From positions 23,698 through 87,697 of the forward strand of contig MU053823.1 in the NCBI GenBank assembly GCA_013239625.1: DNA of 64,000 nt, in the 5' to 3' direction. Position 1 is the first letter of the stretch. The number at the start of each line of letters is the position of its first letter. The DNA is from Lama guanicoe (taxonomy: Eukaryota). Under the pieces are notes generated by a model, which was given only the letters and a program-made list of their open reading frames with translations, did not search any database and was not told where the DNA came from. Below are positions 35,301 through 47,300 of this stretch, piece by piece. The position numbers and the translations under genes are program-made.

Positions 35301-38300
35301 TTCAGGTAAGAGATCTGCTTTGTCACACCCATTACTTAAAATAGTCAGATAAATAGTGATGTGTGTCTAGTTTTCATCATGCACAGCTAGAAATTAAGAT
35401 AACCAAGATAAGAGGGAAGAAAAATCTGTACTTATGTACTCAGCTTAAGGCATCCGATGAAAATTTAACAGAGGGCGGCTGCTGTGCGTGCAGACTGTGG
35501 GGCAAATGCAGGAACTTGGGTTTTCGTGGAAAACAAAAGATTGGGCTCTTTCTAAGGGAGATTTGGGTTTAAAATTGCTTGATTTGGTGGGGAGAGGATA
35601 GCTTAGTGGTAGAGTTCATGCTAGCATGTGCGAGGCCCTGGGTTCAATCCCCCAGCCTGTCATTAAAATAAATAAATAAACTTAATTACCTATCCCCCCA
35701 ACAAAATTTTAAAAATAAAATTAGTAAAATAAAATTGCTTGATTTTGGCTGCTGGTCTTTCTCAATTTTAATTTAGCCCTGTCTTGTTTAAAAAAAATAG
35801 AAACCATAAGCATGTAAAAATTTAGAAGTTCTCCAGAAGATGATATTATTATAAAATGGATTCTGCTTTCAGAAATAGTTACTCCTACTAGTTCAAATCT
35901 CTAGTGTAGCGCAGTGTGGCTTTCAAACTTATTTAACCTCTTAAGCCTGTCAGTAAATGAATTGTATCAATTAAGTCCAACATACGTGGTTTAATCTCTA
36001 CATATAACATGTACGGTTACTATTAACTAATTCTGGAGGCTAATACATCCTTGATAATTATGTGTGTAAATCCACGGTTCACGTAGTCTTATTATTTGAA
36101 TGGCTTTGACTTTGTTATATGGGTGACAAACACTCGTCCTGCTAGTAGGATGAGTATCGGGTCAATCACTTTCATGTTTCTGCACTATTAGTAATTCACA
36201 AATTTTATTCCCTTCACATCTTACTTCCTCTAGTGTTGTGTTGCATTAAAAGCAACAGAAAGCTTAACTAGCCTTGGTTTCAATGAGTGAAGGGTTTACT
36301 GTCCTCACACACTACTGCGTCTCAGGGCAGACGCTTCAAGGGGCGCACAGCAGCAGCCTATTACCACGGACCCAGGCTTCTTCCACTTAACCTCTCCGCC
36401 ACCCTCAATGAGTTGCTTTATTTTCAGTGGCAACTGAGTCTGATTCTTTTGGAAACAGTTTCCACCTAGTGACTTCCACTTACATTTAACTGGCCGGCCC
36501 TAGGTCACATGGGCAATCTGTACGGAAAAGAAGACTAAAAACTTAATTTAGCTTTCTAGACTTCACGGTAGAAGAAAGCAAAAAGAAAAAAAGAATGAGA
36601 AGTGAATGATGTTTTTGTTTCCTCGTAGAAATCTTTTTATCAGGATTTCTTTAATCACGGGTAGATGATATCAGTACAATTATTGGACCAGGCACACATA
36701 AGCTAGAATATGTTAAAAGCTAAAAGCAAATAAAGGAGAAACAATGGCATTATCGATCCTGTCTTGTGGAAATTCCACTTAACAGCTCTTGCATGCAGTA
36801 TGTAACTCATGATCAACTTAGAAACCAAATACAAACCAGTGACAATCTTCACAAGTATTTGTTAAGATAAGTATCTCCTTGTGCACCTGTCCGTAGGGCG
36901 GCACCTCCTTTGAAGAGTGTTACTCCGGATCACACAAACTGAGTTTAAAATTCTTTACACAACTTTGGTTCAGAAAGATCAAAATCATTAGTTACAGATC
37001 ATTTTTTTCTTATCTTCCTGGGCTTAAGAGAGATATACTGTTAAGATTAAATTTGAATGCCTGAGGAAGCCATATTGTTTTTGCAATTTGAGATATTAGT
37101 GCAATAAAATGATAGAGATTTGCTTACTTCTAATAACTACATAAAGCACCTCAAATAAAAAAGGAAAAGCTAGTGGGGAGGGTATAGCTCAGTGGTAGAG
37201 TGTGTGTTTAACATGCACGAGGTCCTGGGTTCAATCCCCAGTACCTCCATTAAAATAATAAGTAAATAAGTAAAAACCTGATTATCTCCCCCTGCAAAAT
37301 AAAAAAAAATTAAAAAGCCAAAATACAAAACAAACAAACAAAAAGGCAAAGCTAATGCTCTCACATGACCTCTGTTTTTATTTCTTATTTCTTTATTTTC
37401 TAGGATCCTCAAAACAACAGGATTTTTCAATGGCACAATGTGACTTCTTTTCACAATATTACTGAACTCTCATTCCAGTTGATTTCAGAACCAATGTTTG
37501 GAGATTATTCTATCATTGTGCACAGAAAATCAGGAAAGACGTTGACACACCAATTTACTGTCAATAGACATGGTAACCAATTGCTACTTGTGGCTGTTGT
37601 CTTCTCTGAATGGTGAGGTCAAAGGACTTTGGTTTTTTTCAACAAAGCAACTTTCATGCTAGAATGAGACAAAAATGCATTAAGTTTGATTCAGTCTTCA
37701 GCCATTCTCCTTTCTTGACCATCTATGTTTTCTCGTCTCTTCCTTCTTGCTCCACACCCCTTGCCCCTGTTCTGATTCTGAGCCCTTCCTTTCCTCCCGA
37801 GGAAATATCTCATTTTCTAGAATCCAGACACTTTTCTAGAAAGGATCTAAAGGATTACAGCAAACAAAACGTGAAGTTCTCAGAAAAGGGAAGAGAAAGG
37901 AAAGGGGAAGAACTAATCAGTAATGAGACGCCATCACTCACAGGTGCCACACAGAATTTGGGGCAATTGAAACGTGGTCTATACAGACACAGACACGGGA
38001 CAGTGTTGTGCGTGGAAGCTTACTTAGCTACAGGATCGCAATCATTTTTGCTCACCGATAATTATGGAGGCTGAAATATATTTCTCTTTATTTCCAGTGT
38101 TGCCCAAGTTTGAGGTTAAGGTCAGTGCACCAAAAACAGTAACTATTTCAGATGATGAATTCCAAGTGGCTGCATGTGCTAAGTAAGTATTTATTTGAGA
38201 GATTTGACTCCACAGGTCAATACAAGGCTCAGAGAGAATGAAATATGAGATCAACCATTGCAGAATATTTGAAAAATATAAAGAAAAACATGAGAAATTA

Positions 38301-41300
38301 CCTATAACTAATTCTATCAACTGCCAATAACGTTGCGATTTATTTTCCTCTGGTCTTTCATGAATATTTTCCACAATTAAAATCATACTTTTCTACCCAC
38401 TAAAATTAAGAAAACGTGTCTCCATAGAGTGCGCCCTTTTCATGAGTTCCATTTTCTTGCTGCATAAACATGTCTCTAAGTGGCTATATCACATTTACTT
38501 AACTATTCTTCTATTGTGTAACACGTAGCCTGCTTGATTTTGTTTTCCCAGTAATAAATAATGTTCTAGTAATGTCATCGTGCATAAATGTATAAAAAGT
38601 AGCTTTTGAATTAAAAATCATTTACTTAAAAAAAATTTCCAGAATTGGAATTACCGTGATAAAATGTGTAACATTTCCTTTAGTCTTTTGACCGCCTTGT
38701 TATTCACTAAACATATTGTGCCAATATAAGATCCCAGCGGCAAATACAAAAATATCCCCCTCATTGAATCTTCACTGTCATTGGATGTTTCCATTTAAAA
38801 AAAAAAATGTTTTTGAAAATGTCCTAGTGGGAAAAAGGCATTTTATCAATTTACTCTAAACTAATTTGAATCCTCTTAATGTAAAAAAAAATTCCTATAT
38901 GATTTGAGAAATTTTGATTCTCTTTTGGGGAAGTTATTTGAATGCCTTTTACCTTTTTTTTTTAAGTTGTGATGCTTTTCTCAAATTGCTAATGCTAGTA
39001 AAAAAAAGAGCTAATACTTATTGAATGCCAATGACTGTACTAAGCATTACATTTATTATATTTTCATCACATCACTATGAAATAGGAGCTATTACCATCT
39101 TAATTTTATAAAGAAAGGTAATGAGAGAGAACTGAAATAACTAATCAACATAAATGGAGATTTTTATGGCAGAACTAGGACTTAGACTCGGTTATTTGAC
39201 TTCAGAGCTATTCTCTCTCCTCAGACCTCGGTTATATTTTATATAAAAGATTAAAATATTAATATTTGCTTGTTTGTTAAACACTATTTAATTGATAACA
39301 TGAAAATTTAATGAAATTGATAACATGAGTATTTTCCACAGTGTATTAAAGACACTTTGATAAAGGGCTGTCCAGTAGATTTGGGGGATGGTGCTGAAGA
39401 TGCCACGAAGAATCCTGGAGACCAGTTTCTAACCTTTTTTCTTAAATTAGTGTTCAAAATGTTCTTTGGACTCTAGGAAGATAATCATAATATTTGTCTG
39501 AGTTTCAGTGAAGAGTACTGCATGCGTGTCAGCGTGTCATACATGTGACATATTAAAGATTGTAGATTATCTGTGTTCAGAGTAATGGGATAATCAATGT
39601 AAGCTTGAGGACTTCCAGGACCCCACACTAGCTTCGCTAGAAAAATCCGACAGAAAGCGAGAACTGTCAATGCAACTAACATCTGTAATGTATCTGCTGA
39701 ATGGTGGGCTAAAACACCGCAACACATTATTATTGGAGGAGCCAAAATATTTATCAAGTATGGCCTTCCTAAAAGACCTCTAGGCTAAATGTTGCTATGG
39801 AATTGGGACTTACTGAAACTTCCTTAACGTTCTACATCGCTCAGGTCTGACATTAAAGGGTACATCAGCATCAGCAACAATAATATCCCGCAATCGGCCC
39901 GGGCAGTCGCAGGGCAGCTGTGCTTGCTCCAAGGTTATTTCTGGGCAGCGTGTGAGAACACGATGAATGAAATCATTGTGTCTGGAGGTTAACGTCAGTG
40001 AATGCACTGCCCATCCCAAGTTGTGTAATAGTGTGTCTGTGAATAGTTTCTTAAGTATTCCTTGGGCCTTAGCAGGGAACAGCCAGAGAAAACAACAATA
40101 TTTTAGCTAACCCCTTCAGAGATGAATTAAGCTTTTAAGAAGGAAGAAAATTGCCTATGGGCAGAGGCATTTTAATAACCTGTCTCAGTATCCACCATAA
40201 GCTTTTCAAATTACCAAAGAAAAATGTTTATCTTGACCTTTATGAAAATGTTAAGATACATATTTCAAGGCCATGTGTTAACCTGTGGATAATATTATGA
40301 TAAGTTTTGTTTTATAAGTAGAAGGCAATAAGAAAAAATAAATGAGATGTTCAGGTGTCACATTCGTGGCCTGACCACAGCCTTGCCTCTATTTTACATG
40401 TAATCGATATTTCAAGCTGACAGATAATTTTAGTGATTTGGGTTGGTGGAATCTCAGCAGCATTAGGAATTTTTAAACAGAGAAAGAAACAAGATAGTAG
40501 AATGGAAAGAGCACAAATTGTGGAGTGAGGAAGATCTGAGTTTGAATTTTAATTTCATCAATTACAATGTGGAGAAGTGAGTTCCTTGATCCCAGTTTAT
40601 CAATCTAAAACAAAATAACACACCTACAACTCAGAGTCACTGGGAAAAATAAATGAGATGCTGTATGTAAATAACAGTGTCTAACAATTAGAAAAAAATA
40701 TTAGGATCGATAAATTTGATGATATTCATTTTTACTATATACAAATTTCACATGGGTCGGTTTTTCTAACTCCTAGTAGAAAGAATCTTCAAATAACCAA
40801 AAAATTCAGACCATCAACTGTAAATTTGCCTTTGACTGAACCTTTAAAAAATCTTGTGTTGTAGGTTTTTGTGTGTTTTAGGAAAAAATGAAATATCTAT
40901 TTAACCTTACCCCAAAGACATTATACTTTTGATCAAAGCATATCCAGCATATGCCAATCTTCTTATATTTATTGAGTGGTGAAGTGAGAATTGTTTAAAA
41001 TATTGATCTAGAAGTAAGTACTTCATAAGCCTGAGTAATCCATGTTTTTTTTAATATACTTTTATTGAGGTCTAGTCAGTTTACAATGTTGTGTCAATGT
41101 CTGGTGTACAGCACAGTGCTTCAGTCATACATGCACATACATATGTTCCTTTTCATATTCTTTTTCACCATAGGTTACTATAAGATATTGAATATAGTTC
41201 CCTATGCTATACAATACGAATTTGCTGTTTATCTATCCAAGTTTTATTTATCTGTATGTATATTTTCTGCTAAAGAAAACAAGTTCTGCAAATAATTTTT

Positions 41301-44300
41301 ATAATATTTCTATCAGATTAAATTATTATTTTTTAAACAAAAAGGACCTACTGTGTAGCACAGGGAACTATATTCGATTTCTTGTAACGAGCCGTAATGA
41401 AAAAGAAAGTGAAAATATATATCTGTATGTCTATGTATAACTGAATCACTTTGCTGTACACCTGAAACTAACATTGTAAATCGACCACACTTCAAAAAAA
41501 AAAAAAGAATAAAATATGCATAGAAAATTTTTAAAACTCAACTTAACCAGTAAGTCCTATTCACTGAGAATTTAGATTTGATGTTACCTTGAGTTTGATT
41601 TTTTTTTTAAGCAGCTGATCCCTCCTAAGAGATCAAATGGCTAATTTAACCTAAATTCAGTGAGACGGTAGAGCCAACAGTTGAGGGTTCCTAATTGAAT
41701 TTGATCGCTAGACTAGTCACAGTTTAAAGATTTCACATATGACTTCTGAAGAAGAGACCGTCAAATATGACCAGGGTAGTGTTCATCTGTAACCACGAGT
41801 ACACTTTCTCCCTCTAGGTATACCTTTGGCCAACCCGTGCAAGGCAGAGGCCAAATCCGGGTGTGCAGAGAATTTCCTTCCTCTGGGAATTGTGAGAAAG
41901 ACAGCAATGAAATATGTGAACAATTTGTTGCACAGGTACGGATCATAATCTTTACTCTAAAAAAGGGTTCTTGTTCACTTTCATTTTTATTCTTTCTTTG
42001 ACTCCATTTACAAAGGGGACTGAACAACATTATCTTCATTCTGTAAATAATGGAGGTTGCAGCTTAGTGAGGTGAGGAATGAGGAGACAACGCCATGTGT
42101 AACTCATTCTCTAGGCCAAGGAAATTGCTATCCGCCTATCTATTAATAGAATTTTCAGAATTTAAAAGATTTTATTGATTGGCTTCCTTATTTTAAATGC
42201 TGTTTAGGTGACCTCTCTGATCTTTCTTTGGGGGAAATCATTAATCAGCCTTTTACATAAATGAATCCCTGATGGACTCACCATGCAAATTAGGATTGTC
42301 CTTTTGAAAAAAGTTCATTTGCAAACACCTGCAATTCCGAGTATCTACCTTTATTACTTCAGATTTGAAGTTGACTTTCGTAGCCATCATTTGCTTTCTC
42401 CATCTAGAGCATCGTAACCTGAAGTAAATAATTCTGTCCATCTCTTTGAGGATGCCCATTGGACTTTGAAAGTGAAATCTGTATCCACACAGTTTATATT
42501 TTAATTCTGATTGTCCTATTTGTTCACCACACTTGGTGAACATCCTTTAGGTAAATAACAATATTCTGTTAAGACGGACAGAAACATATTGTTCAGATAG
42601 GGATTACAGACTAAGAAAGGGTGAGTGGAAGTCTTTCACATCAGTAGCACGTTATTCTGCCGTGTGGTTATAATGTAATGTAATCGATCATTTTACCCAG
42701 GTGATGGGTGTTCGTTCAGGTAATGTTTTACTCTACCCCAGTGTTAGAAATGCAATAATAAACAACCTGCTAAAACTATCTTTATATATGGGAGGTTTTA
42801 TGTATCTGAAATAGATTCCTTGGAGCAGATTTCCTGAGTCAGTAGATAAATGATAAATAGAACCACATATAGCTTTAACTTTTTAAAGTATTAGCATATT
42901 GTTGTTCAAAAAGTTTTTAAGCATTCAATTTCCTATCAGCAATATCTGAGAATACTGTATTTTTCCAAATTACTGCCAACGATATGTCAGTTAAAGAAGT
43001 TTTGCTGTTTCGAAAGTCACAGATTTATTCTGATTTGCATTATTAGAGTTTGAGCATACTTTCATATTTTCGTTATCAGTTTCGATTTGTTCTTTTGAAA
43101 ACTCTTAATTACCTCTGCTTTTTCCTGTTCCTGTGAAATTAAAACTTTATTTAATTATAAATATTAATTAGTCTCTATTCTCGAAGTAAATTTTTAAAGC
43201 CTGTTATTTAAATATTGACTTTGTGGTATTTTCAAAATACCGAAGTTCCCAATGATTTTGAGTTCTCAGCCTTAGAAAAAGTTCTCACTTGCCACTGTGT
43301 TGTACATGTAGCTAAGTATGCTTCTAAGATTCCAAAATTTTACCTAATCAACAGAACATAGTTTTCGATTATGTTCTAAAATAAAGAATTTTATTTTCTT
43401 CTAAATGAATGTTCAGTTGTGTTAGCATCTAATCTTATACAATTTGGCTCTCCCTCTTTATCCTAAATCATGCTCATAAAAAGATTCATCTATTTTATTG
43501 GCCTTACTCTGACTTTTGCTTCTGTTTTGTTTCCTAATATTACTTTTTGCTTCTAAATAATTTGCTTTAGTTTTCATCTTATTAGTTCTTTTCCCTAAAA
43601 TTTTAGTTTATTCTGTTGGTCTAAAACAATGTTCATTGCAAAAAAAAAAAGTTAGTTGCTTCTTTTTGTTAAAAGCGCATTCAGTGTTTTGCATTTTCCT
43701 TCAACCACAGCTTAACACCATAGAATTTTTGTTGCAAAGTGTTTTCCCTGAACATTTATAACATCTAGATCCTTGTTGGTTTACTTTACATTTTCTCTTT
43801 GACTCAGGAATGACCAGAAAATATCTTTCTTTTCATTTCAAAGCAATTAATGTCCTTCTGATTACTTTTTATAACTTCATTTTAATTTGATTGTGTTAAA
43901 AGTAGACAAAGTAAAGTTGCCCTTTTTTGCTCTTGCTGATATGATCATTGTGAATTCAGAGGAGCACATACTCTGGTGTCAGAAAGCCGAGTGAGCTCCA
44001 CACATTCTGACTGTGTAACCTTGGGCGGATCATATATCCCACAGTCCATCCATCCATATAAGGCAGCTGGTAATAGTGTTCAGGTCATATGTCAGTTTTG
44101 AAGATCAATGAATTGATATGCCCCTCACATTTTAAATGTGGAATTAATAAACACTTTATTTTAAAACAGAACTGGATCTAGATTTCTCTAATCACTGATG
44201 TCACTGCTGAAAGATGATCTACTGATTTTTCTTCATTTTAAATGAACAATTTGCCTTAAAAAGTGTTTTGATGTTATCCGTTTGAAGAGTGTTTCCATTC

Positions 44301-47300
44301 CACCTGTTTTTAATGCCTCTCAAGATGATTTTAATTTCTTAATCTTAAAATATCATTCAGTTCCATTTTCATTCTTTGATTTGTTCCCAGGAGAATATCT
44401 CTGAAGTCTGTAAATTAGACGTTTTACCTCCTTGTTAGAGCAGGCCGGTAGCTAAATATGAGCACGGAAAGGGGGACACAGACCAAATGGTACAAATTAG
44501 GCAAAAGAGAAGGGCACGGGCCAAACACAGGAAACCACACATCATGTAAGCACCAGGGGTCCCTGGGCAGAAAAAGAAAAACAGGAACCTCTGGGCTAAT
44601 AAGTGGTCACACCTTTTGAGGTGATGAGTGACCTGGAGGCTACAAAGAAAAGTGAGAAAAGACAGGAGTTTCCAGTGTCCTAATGTAACCTTTTGCTCAT
44701 TATGCCCTCATTTCAATAAAATCAGCCTTGCAGATTAGAAGTATCCATCAGGCACCGAAACCATGTCACTTCCAATCCAAGTAAGGACAAAAATCCCTCG
44801 TCCCTTCAAGAAAGTGGAGTTGGGATAAAAAAAAATCAGGGAACACAACCCCAAACCCTTCCCTCCCCCAATGAATATTCTGCCTATTCATTTTTACACC
44901 CTATGTAACCAACTTGCCAAAGAAACTCAGGGCAGCCGCTCACCTGAGCCTGCCCTCTCTCCCCTTGACAATGTACTATCCACCCCTTAATAAATCCTCA
45001 CTTTACTTTCTTAACCTCTGTGTCTTGTCTCTGAATTCTTTCTGGGAGGGGGCGAGGACCTGGACACCAGCAACATCTACCAGCAACATCCTTACTTTGT
45101 TTTAACTGCTGATGAAAATTGCCCCCCATCTCCTCCTCCTTGCTGTGTAATTCTTGGTCATCTCAACACGTTTGTGATATGCAGTTACCAGGCAGTGGAG
45201 GGAGTTGGTAACTGTGCTGAAACGCTGTTATTTTTTAAAAGACTTCTAAATCCCTAACTTTTTCATTATGCTTTCTCTTTATTTTTCAGTTGAGAAATGG
45301 TTGCATTTCTCAAATGGTAAATACCAAAGTCTTCCAACTCTACCGTTCTGGACTTTTCATGTTATTTCAGATCACCGTAACTGTTACGGAAAGTGGGACA
45401 GGTAATGCTTGTGTTTTATGGGCAACCTGGGGATATATGCAGCCGACTGGGGGAAGTTTACTGAGTTAGCAATACTCACCAAATACAGGTCAATAATTTG
45501 TCAACATAGTAAAGTGGAGGACATTGCCAACAGGCGAACTGGAGGGTTGCTTTTGAATAAGATTTTCCCAATAAGACTTAAAATAAAATAGAATGATTAT
45601 GTAAATGCTACATGTTTAATCTGCTCTGTGCCTCCATCAATAAGACAGAGGAGCTTCCCTCTGAGGGAGCAGAGCCAGCTAAAAAATGACGTATCTCTTT
45701 TTAACTTTGTGTAAGTCAGTCGATAATCAATTGCCAGGGTCTAATCATTGATTTAATGCTAGAGTTTACAGTCTATATCTAGGTCAAATCCAGCTCCTCC
45801 CCTGTTTATGTCAATAAAGTGTTATTGGAACACAGCTGTATTTGTTGACCTTGCAAAAGACCTATAACAACAGAGTAGCTGCACCAGAGACGTGTGGGTC
45901 ACAGGCTTAGAATAACAACCATCAGATCCTTTACAGAAGTTTGCCAATTTCTGATTTAACACAATTGGGTACGTTTGCAAGTACAAAAATTACTAGTGAA
46001 AAATATGCAAGATGGTGCATAATGACTGCTCAGTAAATATTTGTTGAAAGAATGAAAAAGAAAAAGAGGACAGTAAGATTGAATTTGGGGTGGGGAAAAC
46101 CAGATTCAATTACTAATAACTGTTACTTGAAAATGACTGGGATAATATTTATAAAGGGCTTTATATAAATGTACTAGATCAGTGTTGTGATGCCATTCCT
46201 AGTGGGTAAGTCTGACACATTTATACTGTAACTTAGCGAGATATGTTTGCCTCCACTTATTACATGCTTTGTTGATTTCACAATGCATTTCAATGTACTT
46301 CGCTATCAGATATTTTTCTGAATCTGGTAAAAGTCTGAAAACGGTTATCCTGCAGGCTAAAGAATGAGTCCAGGAAGCGTAAGTCGTACTATTGAGATGT
46401 ATGCGACATTCTCTGTCATGCAGAGAGTTACCAGCCAGAGCTGAGTTGAATAGTAGGAGGAAGGAAGTTGTGCTTTCTCCTGCTTCTGATTCAATTATTT
46501 CCATGTTAATTACATTATTCAGGTTGATGAATTCTATAACCAGATAGAGAGTACTCTGGAGCCTTGCTCCCCGCTCCCACACCTCCCTTCCAATGCAGAA
46601 CAAGAACATAATTCTGCATGTAGATGTTTGCACAAGTATAAAGGAAATCTAAGCTATTTGCTTTTTCGAAATTCTCGATCAAATGATTAATCCTCTTGAA
46701 CACTGTTCTTCGTGTCTTACAGGTGTGCAGATCAGTGAAAAGTCTTCTGTTTCTATCACTCAAGTGCTTGGGAGTGTTAGCTTTGAGAACATGGTCCCTT
46801 TCTATAGAAGAGGAATTTCATATTTTGGAACTGTGGGTTTGACTTAAAAAAATATACATGTTCTCATTTCATTTTCTTAGATCATAGAATGCCCCTTGAA
46901 AATTTCTGACACTTTCTTCCTACCTTCATCACTCATTTGTAACATTACTGCATCTGATGTACTGGAAAAAGCCCTAGGCTGGAAGAAAATGATAGATAAT
47001 ATTATAGCTATTTCCATATTATATGCTTATTTAGTAGAACATCTTTCTGTCCGCTGGAATTTAAGAAAATTACTAATAAACGATCCCACCTGTGAACAGA
47101 AAATTCCTTTTACGTAGAAATGTGACTTTTTGAATTTTAAAAATGAATGCTTCTTTTTGTGTGTGTGCAGCTTAAATTTTCTGGTCCTAATAACGTACCG
47201 ATGGTGAACAAGTTATTGCAACTGGAGCTCAATGACAAATTTGTAGGAAATTACACGACAGACGAGAACGGAGAAGCTCAGTTTTCCATCGACACTTCAG

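Noticed and set aside
37175..37250. tRNA-Ala-like sequence with A and B boxes (also at about nine other sites)
   Set aside because: The copies have A-rich tails, a shared 3' motif (AATTACCTCCCCC), TSDs and degenerate anticodon arms. They are SINEs, not tRNA genes.
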